DNA of 64,000 nucleotides, taken from contig OU015566.1 in assembly GCA_907165135.1 (NCBI GenBank), positions 13,206,001 to 13,270,000 on the forward strand. Reading direction: 5' to 3'. A program made the position numbers and the translations under genes. Positions 38,851-50,849 of the stretch are shown here, in pieces. Positions within the stretch are counted from its first letter, which is position 1; each line of letters starts with the position of its first letter. This DNA comes from Oikopleura dioica. Its lineage: Eukaryota > Animalia > Chordata. The notes under the pieces were generated by a model, which saw only the letters and a list, made by a program, of their open reading frames with translations, ran no database searches and was not told the DNA's origin.

Positions 38851-40819
38851 TCATAATCTTGTTTTTCCGGCTGTTATCATTTTTGAGTTTTCTGAGAGCG
38901 GATATCTCCGACTTTCTTCTTCTGAAAAGTCTTCCAAGCCGTTTTCTTTCAAGTAAAGATGCATTCCCCAGTTGAGGTTGATATAGTTCCCGTTGTAGTG
39001 TCGACAAAGCTCAGGTGCGTGCAACGGCGTTGGCAGTCCTGCCATGACGCGGAAGATTCCGGTGTACATCAAGTCTTCGAACTGAAAGGTCGAAATTACG
39101 AAGCCGTTAAATCGCCCGCTCTAAAATACGACCGGAAACTTACTGTGACATTATTGTTCGAATAGCGGATGGAAACAGAGTAGATGTTCTTCATCGTCTC
39201 AGCCGACAGCGTTTTACAAGCGCCGCCGCAATATCCAGGGAAATAGACGCCTTTGTTTTGGTTTTAGAGAGCTCAAGAACTTCTTCGAGTTTGTGTCAGG
39301 AAACGACAAAAATCCCGACAAATTTCGGAAATTTTCGGCCAATCAGAAGCCTGAACTGGGCTTACCGGCCAATCAGAAGCCGAGAAGCCGCCCACGCAAA
39401 ATTTGCGTCAAAATTTTTGTCGGTTCCGGACGCCAACCCCGAGGAAAGTCCACCTTAGAACTAGGTAGTTATGTAGGTATTTTGTAATTGAAATCAACTT
39501 TATGAGTCGAGAAGAAGAATTAGATAAATCTTTATGAGTTCTTTTTTTATGAGTTCGCGCTTCTCAAAACCGTACCTGACGGCCATTGCTGCTCGGTAAG
39601 CGCCCACTTACCGGTGGTCATTTTTTCTGTCATCGAATTCAGCCGGTAGCCGCAGACAATGTCTTCATCTGGCATCTTGTCGCCAGCGTAGAAGATCGTG
39701 TCGTCGTCGACCATCGTCACTTTTTGTTTTGAAAGGCCGCATTTGCTGACGAATTCAAATGCGGAACCAGTCTTGAGGTAGAGGTTCTCGTACGTTTCGT
39801 TGTAGCTGCCGATGACGTAATCGTCGAAGTCGGTTGGAAGAGGGTCTTCGGTAAAGCCGATGAGAAAGCGGACCTCGACGGGGTATTTGGAATAAAATCG
39901 ACGGTGGAGTTTTCTGATAGAGTTATTCAAAGATACAGCATCATTGATGGTCGAATTTTGAAAGTCGACCTTGTCAAGGCTTATTTCACTTAGTCCGATT
40001 TAATTACGAGCACTCCGATTAAATGACTTGATTGAAACTATTCATCGAAAGAGAATTCAGTTTCGACTTCTACTCCCGTAAAAAGACTCTCCGCAGGAGT
40101 AACTTGTTGAAAAATCTGTGGGTTCCCCGGGAAAAAATCCCGGGTAAAACCAAAGGACTCGAAATCGACAGCCATGTTCTACTCTACTAAACTAGCAAGA
40201 GTCTTGCGTAGTGATAAAAGTAATGTATGAAAAGCTGTTTATCATAATTGATTATGATTGAATACTTTTTAAGATCCTTTGTGGATTCATAGAGTATTAT
40301 CATGCATTAATGAGAGTCTGATAGAAAAATGAACTTCAATATCAACCCTGAGGATTCAAGAACAACATAAAAACTCATTTTTATGGCTTGATTATCTCTT
40401 GATTTATTGGCCTAGTCCGCGAAAAATTTGCGGAATTTTTGAAAAAAGGTACAGAAACTGAATTTCATTCTTGACCCCAGGGCGCAAAGTAAACAACTCT
40501 CCCTATACTGTGGATTCCTCGCATTCGTCGTCACAAGAACAAGATCATTCTCCGTCTCTGGGCATTTAAAGCTATGAAGTAGGGTGTCTTCAGAAAAACT
40601 AGGAGTCGTTGTTTTGCCCGAGTGTTGTCTTTCTCTGAAAAATGCTTCTGGAATAAAATCGTTGGCGACTATCTTCTTCGATTTGATATCTCGTTTGCTT
40701 CTGTCTCTTGTTGTTTCACTGCTTTTAAAATTCGACACGACTGTGGCAACTAGAAAAAGACACAAGAAAATCGAGCCAAAAGTGTAGATCTTGCTCGTAA
40801 CGCGCATTTTCGTTGGCAT
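38851..40819 (-). CDS. Family GT31 beta-1,3-glycosyltransferase (B3GALT/B3GNT-like), type II membrane protein
   Basis: N-terminal TM IYTFGSIFLCLFLVATVVS, LVTTNARNPQYRE, VRFLIGF, ETYENLYLKT, a DxD-type VDDD, FPGYCGGAC and EDLMYTGI. Confidence 0.85.
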
Positions 40820-41739
40820 CGAAATCAAATCAAGTGCTTATTCTGAAAATTGATCATTCCAATCGAGCGTGGTACCTTATCTCGTAAAAATCGGCGCTCG
40901 AGCGAGAGAAAAAGAGGCTGATCGTGGTTTATGACGAATTATCAAATTTATTGGAAAGCGCTCACCAAGACAAATTACGAACTTTTATGATGAGCAATCG
41001 ACAATGATTAGTCGATGACCTAAATTCTTTCCCAAAGTTCTAGCTTTCACCTTGCGTCAAAACAGCTTTTTACGATGGTCGATCCTAATCATTTGCATTT
41101 TTCTTCACGTCAGATCTGAACCGTCATTAATTCTTCGTTTCAGGGAAAATCCTCGTTTCTCAGGATCAGAATGTTACATTCTGAATGTAGCTATTGGGAG
41201 CTCTCAGAATACCTCCAGTCTTATCATTATCCATTTTGACTTTTTCATTGTTGATTTTGTTGTGAGAAAAGCTTCATCTATTGAACAGAGAAGTAGATTA
41301 AATAGGTAAGAAATAATAATTAAAAAAGAGAGTTTGTTTACAAATAATAATGGAATAATTGATATACCGTATATCATATACGGTAGAAAGAAGAATAATT
41401 TATTGTTTCATTGATAGTTACTTTTATTCCATGACCAAATTCTTCTAACGACCGTAATTAATTGTCACTAAGACGATCACTATTTATTGCGTTGATTTGA
41501 AACCTAGGATGTGTGTGTGTCCTTGTAGGAACTTCCTACACCCAAATTAGTCTTCAATAAGTGAGTGTCGTCTTCCGCCATCTTAAGGGTGTCTCATCCC
41601 GGAAATTACTTGCAGCAATTAATTCCTTCCGTAGATTGTAGGATTCTAGGACGCACAGCCTGGTTATGATAGCCGTTTTTTATTAGGACTTAGTTGTTTT
41701 CATTACGGTATCCACTTATTTAGCCAACTCGCTTTACTT

Positions 41740-42139
41740 AGTTGCAAATTTTGATTTATTTTGCTGAGCTGACCTGAGTAAAAATTTCTCTGAGCTGAGC
41801 TGGCCTATTTCGGAGGTCATTGAGCGGAGCTGAGCTGAGCAGACATTTTGTTTAAGGTAGTTGAGCTGAGCTGAGCGGAACCTTATTAGAGCTGAGCTGA
41901 TTGAGCTGAGCTGTTTTCTACTGTTTTTTGGTAGTAGACTTGGATTCAAATCATTGAGCTGAGCTGAGCTGAACTAAGTGATAATTGTCTGAGCTGAGCT
42001 GAGCAGAACAGATCATGTTCGAAAATAATTGAGCTGAGCTGAGCAGAGCAGACTATTTTCCAAAATCACTGAGCTGAGCTGAGCGACTGCTCAGCTCACT
42101 CAGCCAGCTCAGCTGGCTCAGCTCAGCAAATTTGCAACT
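41740..42139. mobile_element. MITE-like element filled with GAGCT pentamer arrays
   Basis: AGTTGCAAATTT (41740-41751) is inverted at 42128-42139. The interior holds many GAGCT/CTGAG pentamers that flip to CTCAG near the right end. Confidence 0.6.
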
Positions 42140-43575
42140 CTGCTCCTTTATAATTTTTAATAAAAGTGTCAACTGAAAATGTGGTAATGGAGAATCTGCT
42201 TTTAAAAGCCACGTGATCAGTAGCTTATCTCTCTCTTTCTTCAAAACCCAGAAGAAAAAGATTTATGTTCTGATTTGAGTTCTGCGCGACTAGGCGCTAG
42301 AATTTGGGTTACATGCTCATTGCGTCGAAATCATCCTCAGTGTCGACCTCAGAGCTCAGCATAATTTTGAACCTCCTCGAAACTCAAATCCCTTCTTTTT
42401 GCTTCAAATTCCGAATTCCTCAAAATTCGAAGGTGAGTGAAATTGAAATTATTGATTGCGGCTTTTTTCAAACATTGATTGGCAAGATTGACTGGCAAAA
42501 GAGGGAAAATGATCCAAAAAATACAAAATAAACCGCCGTTTTTGGAAAAAACAGAGAAATGGAATTTCAAAAAGACCCTGAATTTCAATTAATAAAATGA
42601 AGAAAAAGGTATTTGAATAATTTTTTTTCATGAAAATTTGGAAAAGTTCAATAAATAAACTTTGAAAAGAAAGTTAAAAAAGTTAAAAACACAAATTCGT
42701 CAGAATTTTTGCCTCGTCTTGCCTCCTAACAATGTTGCCGCGGTAAGCGAGCCCTGGGCGCTTGGACCAACCAGTTACTCTTCCGGGAGTACTAAATTTG
42801 TACAAATTATGAGATTTTGTTAATTTGGAGATAAAAGAGATTTGTTTTCAGAAGAATATATTTATAATGAAGGGATGAATTTTGACAATTAAATTGTCAA
42901 ATAGAAGAGTGAAAATATAAAATTAATTAATTAAAATAATTATTAAAATAATTAAAAAAAATCATTTTATTTATTTATGAAAAATTAAAAATCTATTTCA
43001 AAAAAATTTATTAATTATTAATTAAATTAATTATTTATTTATTTAATAAAATTGTTTTTAAATTAAAATTATAAATTTAATTATATTTTATTGTAGAGAA
43101 AAAAAAAACTAAGATTGAAACCACTTTTGACAAACCAAAAACCATCTTCGCCGAAAACCATTATCAACGTGGCATAAAACCTGCAAGTTGCTGGTGATCC
43201 ACTTTGTGGGAGTGTCGGTAAACTTTGGCAGCTCTGGCCCAGGGCGAATTCTCTCTATTTTACTACCACCCGAAATTATTATTTTTTTGCAATCATAAAT
43301 CAAATCCCCGAGAGACTTTTCCTCATCCTCTTTTTAAATCATTTTTCCTCTAGAACATAATTACGTAATAATAAGAAGAAAAAACTACTAAACTTTGAAA
43401 TTTTCTTTTTTCAAATTTTGAAGAAAAATTTTCTTTCTTTTGTCCAAGTCTGAAAAAAAAGAGAAAAACACAATTGTGTTCACGACTGAGTAATTTTCTG
43501 GCAATTTCCCAAAGGCTCCTTTTTTCTCAATTACAAATTAGTACTTGTCGTTTTTTAACCTTTTGTTTCTTTTAG

Positions 43576-45759
43576 ATGGCGATGAGTGGGGGGACAGACA
43601 AGGAACCGGTTGAAAAATAAAGAGATTGAAGCTTAGAGACTCAGAAAATTAAAAAAGAAAAAAATTCTCCGAGCGAGCGATCGAAATTTTCAATCGGTAA
43701 AAGACCACCTTCTACATCAGTGTTTTATTATGCGTTATCGCGGGTAGTTTTCAATATGGGCAAGGTTTTCAACAGTCTTAACCTCTCGAAGGAGATTGGC
43801 CAGGAAATTGGCAGCTCCCGGCTATTTTCTCGGATGATTTCAAAGATGAAAAACCTTGGTAAAGCTACAACATTTCTTCGGTAAACGGCCCAGCTGAAAA
43901 CATCAAGGACAATCTCTACGGTGAATTCCAAGGCGGCAAGGGCGTTTATCAACTCGACGAAGAAGGAGCTCTTTCTGCCGATCCCGTCGCCACCTGCCCG
44001 AACATTTCTTCCGTCGCAGATTGCAAAGCTTGCGCGGAAGAAATCGCCTGCAAGAGTCAGTTCGTCAACGAGGAAGATCGACAACTTAGTGATACAAGAG
44101 AAGATCAGTACAGTTATGCTGTTGCTCTTTTCACTGTTGGAGGAATTGTTGGTTCCTTTTCTGTGAAACCAGTTGTCTCGCAATTCGGAAGAAAGAAGGG
44201 ACAGGTTTGAAGAATTATCAAAGAGCGTCATTTTTTATCGATCATTCTAGTTGGTGAACATGATCATTTCTCTCGGAGCATCAGTTCTTTTCGTCGGAGC
44301 AAAGCACTACAACAGTCATATTTGCTTGGTCGTCGCTCGAATTCTTATCGGTCTCTTTTCCGGCCTCGCAACTGGCATCTGCCCCATGTACATCATTGGT
44401 AAGCCTTCCCATCAGTTTTAGAGACCAGGACTAATTCAGAAATGAGCCCGAAGGAAGACCGAGGCTGGATCGGAGTCTTGAACCAGTTGCTCATCACGAT
44501 CGGCATCCTCGTCGCACAGATCATTGCTCTTTCTTCTTGGATGCGACAAAACTGGGGAATTTACATGGCTTTGACCGCCGTGCCAGCTATTCTCTGGATC
44601 GCTCTCATTGGCCTCTCTTACGAATCTCCTCGATACTTGTATTTGGAAAGAAATGATGCTGAAGAAGCTTCAAGAGTTCTCAGAAAAGTCCGAGGAACTG
44701 AAGATGTAAGTTCGAAATCAACGAAGAGAACCTTTTCAGATCAATTTTCAATAAAAATTTTAGGTCGAAGAGGAATTGGACGAAATGAAAGCCGAGCATG
44801 AAAAATCGCTCAGCGAAGAAAACATGTCCATCGGCACTCTTTTCACCGCCAAAGACGTCCGTTGGCAATTGATTTCCATCGCCGCCATGATGATTTGCCA
44901 GCAAATGTCAGGAATCAACGCTGTCTTTTTCTACACTAACAAGATCTTTGAATCCGCTGGTTTCACTAACGAAACTTCGACCAAGATTTCTGTGCTTATT
45001 GGAGCGCTCAATGTCGCCATGACTTTTGTAAGTCGATTTTCATGTATTCTTTGATTCACTAAATGGCTAGGTTTCTATGTCTTTGATGGAGAAAGCTGGT
45101 CGAAGATCGCTCATGGTTTATGGTTATGGAATCATGGTCGTCTTGTAAGCTAATTATCGACATATATCGACAAATATATTTATGGAAAAATATCTATCAA
45201 TAGCCCCTTATTCATTTAAAAATCTAGCTGTGTTCTCCTCGCTGTCGCTTTGAAAAGCCTTCATGTCGGCACTTGGGTCTCCTACGTTTCTATTCTCTGC
45301 GTCATGGGCTACATCGTCGGCTTCGCGATCGGACCCGGACCTGTCCCATGGATCTGGGCCACTGAGTTCTTCAAGCAATCTGCTCGGGCTGCCGGAGCCA
45401 GTAAGTTTTCCACCTTTTTTCAAGGGGTTTAACGAATTGGTAAGGTATGGGTTGCGTCATCTGCTGGGTGTGTACCTTCATCGTTGGAAAGTTTTTCCCG
45501 ATTGCTGAGGCAAAACTTGGACCTTACGTCTTCATCTTCTTTGCTCTCGTTTCGCTCTTTGCGTTCTTGTATTGCTTGAAGATCACTCCAGGAATGGCTT
45601 TAAGATTTCAACAACTGATCGAATTTTTGCAGTATCAAAAGCCAGAATAAAGAAACGAAAGGAAAGAGCTTCGAAGAAATTCAAGAGTACTTTGCGAAAT
45701 TGAACGGCGTTGAAATCTCCGACGAAGAAATGAAACTTGCCGACAATCGCGAGGAATAA
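43576..45759 (+). CDS. Facilitative hexose transporter, SLC2A/GLUT family
   Basis: SFQYGYNISSVNGP, VALFTVGGIVGS, FGRK, PMYII.EMSPKEDRG, QLLITIGILVAQ, ESPRYL, QQMSGINAVFFY, AGRRSL, FAIGPGPVPW and PETKGK. Confidence 0.92.
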
Positions 45760-46395
45760 TTAATCCACTCCTTGAGAAACAACAAGGACTCTCTTCCAAA
45801 TCTATCTTTGCCAAATAATGTCAATTTTTTTCGTTGCCTTTGCTTATCACTCGTTACACAAAAAGTAGCCACTCTTTACTCTTACTACTAAACTCGATTA
45901 GTTACGAAGATATATTAACCTATTTATATCAAACCTTTGCCGAATCAAAACCTTAACCACTGTGTTCTTCCTAACCCCGCCAGAGTTAAATTGAATGTCC
46001 ATGATTGTATTTTTGACTGTAGTATCTTCCTGTGTGTGTTATTGTTATTTTTTCCGCGGCGGAGAAAAAAGACGCGCGGCTTTTGAACAATTTTGGTAAT
46101 GAAAAAATTAGTGTGGCTCTCTTCTGTTCTGTTTTTGGCAATTCAGAATTCTGTAGCGCTTATTCTATGAATACATTATATAATATAAAAGAGGTGTTTT
46201 ATTATGTGTTGACCACTGAAAAAAGGGTATCGTTGCAAAGTCAAGTATCAGAGCAAAAGTCAGTATATGCTCAAGAATAGATTTGACACAGGGTCGCGAT
46301 AAAGTACAAGTGCGGCTTAGCAGAAAAATCCCTCAGCCTCTGTTGTTAAATCCTTGTCTATTTTGATTCAAAGAGATAGAGAAATTCCCCTCAAA

Positions 46396-48085
46396 ATGGA
46401 CTCCTTTGGCGAAAATGTCGGGACCGAGACCGGTCTGCAGATCTGGCGGGTTGAAAACTTCAAACCCGTGGCTGTTCCGAAAGAGTATTATGGGCAGTTT
46501 TACGTTGGAGACTCTTATATTGTGATGGATACGATTGTCGAGGGGGATTATAAGTCGATGAATATTCATTTTTGGCTCGGAAAGGATTCTTCTCAGGATG
46601 AAAAAGGAGCTGCAGCGGCTTTGACCGCCCAGTTAGACGAGGAAAAAGGTTGAAAATTATTTTTTCTTTGAGACAAAATTGAAATAGACCCTCTGAAAGC
46701 TTCTTGGAGACATTCCAATTCAACATCGAGAAGTTGAAAAATGCGAGTCGTCAAAGTTCCTTTCCTACTTTCCCAACGGCATCCAGTACCTCTGGGGAGG
46801 CGTGGCTTCCGGTTTCAATCACGTCGAAGATGAGTCCAAACCTCGACTGCTTCATGTCAAGGGTAGCAAGAAGATTAATGCGACGGAAGTTGCTGTCTCG
46901 TGGGACTCGTTCAATCATGGAGATATTTTCATTCTTGAGCATCAGTCGCGCATTTTTCAGTGGAACGGACGGGACTCCAATCCCTTCGAGCGAATCAAGG
47001 TTTGATCTTTTTTTACCAACAAAAACTACTTCAGACAATTTTCAGGCTTGTCGACTTGCAAATAAAATCGCTGCTGCTGAGAAATCTGGCCGTGTCAAGG
47101 TCCGAATCGTCGATGACGTCGATGACAAGGATGCCATCCCTGAAGCAATGCTCGAAGTTCTCGGTGATCGACCTGATAACATCGCAGAAGCGACTTGTGA
47201 TAATGTGACGCCAATCGAGCTTCATCGAAGCCCAGCTACACTCTTTCATGTTTCCAACGCTAGTGGATCTATGCAGGTAGGAGTCGGATTTTCCAAAAGT
47301 GTTCTCACCAATTCTTCCAGGTCAGCGAGAAAGGCACTGCTCCTCTTTCCCAATCCAGCCTCGAGTCCGGCGATTGCTTCCTGATTGACGCTGCTGCTGC
47401 GAACAAGATCTTTGTCTGGAAAGGAAAAGATGCCGACTCTGAAGAGCGAAAGAAGGCCCTGCAACAAGCTGAAGAATTTATCTCCCAAAAAGGATACCCA
47501 GCATCGACTGCGATTGAGATCTTGCCTGAAGGAGGAGAGTCGACTTATTTCAAAGAGTACTTTTCTGACTGGCAGCATGTTGAGGAGTCGCCAGGATTAA
47601 AGTATTTCAATCTTCGACCTCCAAAACTATTCTGGTAAAAAATCAGCTTTCTAAAGAAATGCAAAGAATTCTAGCGTCTCCGATGCTGATGGAGAACTTC
47701 GAGTTGAGGAAATTCTCGGCTCTCTTGAACAAACCGATCTTCTGCCAAAAGAAGTTTGCATCTTGGACTGCTTTGATAAAGTCTTTATCTGGAATGGAAA
47801 AGACGCATCTGATGCTGAAAAGTCGTCGTCTGAAGGATTTGCGAAGAAGTTCTTGGAAACTGATCCTCGAGGAAGATCGATTGAAACTCCAATTGTCTTC
47901 GAAAACCAAGGTTTTGAAAAGGTTTTCGGAAAAATAGATAAAATGATTTTTTAGAGGAAGAATCTGATGATTTCAAAGCCTATTTTCCGGAATGGGACAA
48001 CAACTGCTTCGTTGATCCGCATCAGGTTTTGCTCGATATGGCCGAACAGATGAAATTACTGACTCAAAGACACTGCAGCTGCTAG
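46396..48085 (+). CDS. Gelsolin/villin-family actin-binding protein with four gelsolin repeats
   Basis: GLQIWRVENF, GQFYVGDSYIV, IHFWLGKDSSQDE, IQHREV, GGVASGFNHV, RLLHVKG, FNHGDIFIL, LESGDCFLID, IFVWKGKDA, and a last repeat VCILDCFDKVFIWNG...LETDP.GR..ETPI. Confidence 0.9.
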
Positions 48086-48317
48086 TAACATTATATATTT
48101 CTTTAAATTTTACTGAAAAAAATAAAGAAAAACGAGTCATTTGAGTGTCAGAAACTTGCCAAAATCATTATGATATTCCGAGTACAGTGAATTGAAATAA
48201 TGAAAAGACTTAAAAACTCTTAGAAAAAAGTTGTTTTCTTTGGAGCTTTTAATTGTTCGTTTTTGTTTATAAAAAGGGTTGATGTATTTACAGGGTAGGA
48301 GTTTTCAACGAGTGAGT

Positions 48318-49071
48318 TTACAGCGAATACTTTTTCTTTTCGTTTTTGCGCGATTTCATTTGAACTTCCATACAAGCTTCTGTCGTTTTGTCGAGATAGT
48401 CGAGTCCCAATTGAGCGATGCGGCGCACTTCGGCTGAGACGCTTCCCACTGCGTTCTTTGGCTCCGTTTTCAAAATTTGCTTCAAAAATTTGCGATCCTA
48501 AAGGTTGATTGATAAGGTTTAAATAGGATTGTAAAAAGTTACCGTTTCAAAACCAGTTTTGGAGACGATTTTCAAATTGTTCATTCCGAGATGTCCAAGA
48601 ACTGCTTCTTGCGCTTTTTGAATTCCGATTCGGAAGTGGTCGACTTCTGGCCTGAGCATGTGACCTCGGTGGTAAAAGACAAGAGCGTGTTCGTATCGGC
48701 CCAGCTGGAAGAGAGCCTCTGCTTTTCGGTACATTGCTTCCTGACTCAGTTTATCTTTCGCCAAAACTTTATCTGCATCGGCAACGGCTAGTTCTAGCTC
48801 TCCGAGCTAAACAGTATAGCATAGTAAGGAGCTTTCTTGTTTGAGTTGTACCTGTGTGTAACATCTTGAGCGTGCGACAAGGCCGGCATGATCAGTTGGA
48901 TCTCGTTCGAGAACTTCGTTATACAGTTGAAGCGCTTGCTCAAGCTTTCCGTTGATGAACAGCTTGTCGCCCTCAGCGATCAGAGCTTTTGGTGGCCGCT
49001 CGAGTTCAACAGCGCCTTAGTCTTCAGGTAAAATCAATGCAAAAATGACAAAAAGGTGTACCTCCTTTCAT
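48318..49071 (-). CDS. ODAD4: Short TTC25/ODAD4-like TPR protein (N-terminal half only)
   Basis: LIAEGDKLF, GLVARSRCY, EAMYRKAEALFQLGRYEHALVFYHRGHMLRPEVDHFRIGIQKAQEAV and DRKFLKQIL...LGLDYLD. The stop comes after about 190 aa. Confidence 0.7.
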
Positions 49072-49359
49072 GATTTCTTCTAAACTGAAGATTTTTTATT
49101 TTTTCGGCTTTCGAAAACAGGCATTCTAGAGATGAATCAGGGATCTAAATGTTTTCACGAAAATAGCAATTGCCATTGCTTCTTTTATATGCTTTTTTAG
49201 AATAAATTATTTGTTACAGTATTCATAAGAAGAAATGAATGCAATAGGATTTACAGCAGATTCCTCTTGGTCAAAAATAATATCGCTCGAAACAAAATTT
49301 CCATCTTTATCTGTCAATAGGTCGCTTAAGGGTAGAGTAGGATCCTTGCGCGCGCCCCT

Positions 49360-49745
49360 TTAAGGGGGTGGTGGTCGAGAAATCGACCTAGATTTTCATA
49401 AACTTCCAATAATTCCTTTAGTCGAGCAATTCTTTCTTTTCGAATGGATAGATAATGGTTAAATAAGTCAGTATTAACGAAAAATAAGGCTTCCCCCAAG
49501 TTAAAACCGATTATTTCGGCCGAAACATTCACAGGGCGAAGCAAAAATCCGCAAATTTCACTTTTTGGGGGTACTTTGAGCAATATTTTCGCAAAATTTT
49601 TCAAGAATTTTTTTTAAAAACTTCACGCGACCACATCCGCTTAACCTTTATCTTTTGAAAAACTAAAAGAAAATTCTAGTATCTGAGGCGGTTTTTGCTC
49701 AATCTTGGTTTGAATGAACCCAATTCTCGACCACCACCCCCTTAA
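49360..49745. mobile_element. TTAA-flanked MITE with GGGGG...CCCCC termini (Kolobok-like)
   Basis: TTTAAGGGGGTGGTGGTCGAGAA (49359-49381) is the exact reverse complement of 49724-49746. Confidence 0.65.
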
Positions 49746-49963
49746 AGGGTATAGCCCCCGCTCCTAAAGGGTTGAAAAAATCTATCGGCGAGAAGTTGAA
49801 AAACTTTCACCGGAAAAAGTCGGTTAACAATCCCGTCAAAGTAGTGCCATTTTCGCAAAAATGCACCAAAAATGGTCATTTTTTTACAATTTTCTTAATT
49901 TCACCCCCTAAATCTCATTTTTATCGAACGATTTTAGGCTCATATGCAGACTATGTGTATAAG

Positions 49964-50400
49964 CTAGGGTCGGCGCCGACACTCGACCAAATCGCTATTG
50001 TCGGGTTTTGGTCGGGCAATGGTCGGTACCTACCCGACCCTACATTGAGATTTGTCGTTGGTCGGTCGATGGTCGTGTTTTTGTCGGGTCAGTGGTCGGT
50101 TTTAGCTCATTCTCGGTAATGTTCTCCGATATAAATTCACTTCTTTTATTCGACAAGTTCTTCTTATTTCAATGTCACAAGCGACAAAATAATGTAAAAT
50201 CTAGGACATTTATAAAATCGAAAGTTTCATACCCCCAATGATTCGATTTCGAAGCTTTTCCATCATTCTCATTGGTTTAAAAAACCGACCACCGAGCCGA
50301 CCAAAAGGCCGACTCGACCCGACCCGACCATGATTTTGGCCATTTCAAAGTGGTCCGACCCGACCCGACACTGAAAAAGGGTGGTCGATGCCGACCCTAG
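49964..50400. mobile_element. MITE with CTAGGGTCGGC termini and inverted GGTCG/CCGAC pentamer arrays
   Basis: Left end CTAGGGTCGGCGCCGAC and right end GTCGATGCCGACCCTAG match at 15 of 17 positions. The left half is GGTCG-rich and the right half CCGAC-rich. Confidence 0.65.
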
Positions 50401-50849
50401 ATATAAGTGAAACGATCACCCCTGAAAAATTCTCGCCGACTCCCCCCCCCCTTAATATCAAAATTTTTGATTCAAAACATAATAATTAAAAGAAACGCTT
50501 AAAAATCTCAGAAACACACTGACCGTGACCTAGTATAATTCTGAAAACTGAAGTTTTTCTGTCGCCTTTAGACCATCTAATTTTTCCAGGAAAAACGAAT
50601 ATTGTGTTATCAAATAATAAACTCGCATGTCTTTCAATAACCTTGAAAATACAAGTCAATTGGTAAGGTTAAGCAGACTTCATTCTTACCCCGGAAAGCT
50701 GGCCTATTAAATTCCACTTGTTGTTCCTCAGTTGCCAAATATCACCTGAGTCGGCGCCACCTTGGAGACCATCAAACATTCCTCCGACCGTCAATAAATC
50801 GCCTGAAGGTAGTCCAATCGAGGTGAAATATTTAATTCGTCTCAATCAT

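Noticed and set aside
42880-43110. Extremely AT-rich stretch
   Set aside because: Low-complexity sequence with no discernible unit or structure.
43109-43303. 64-aa ORF with a GPELP kelch-like word
   Set aside because: Isolated fragment with no supporting exons.
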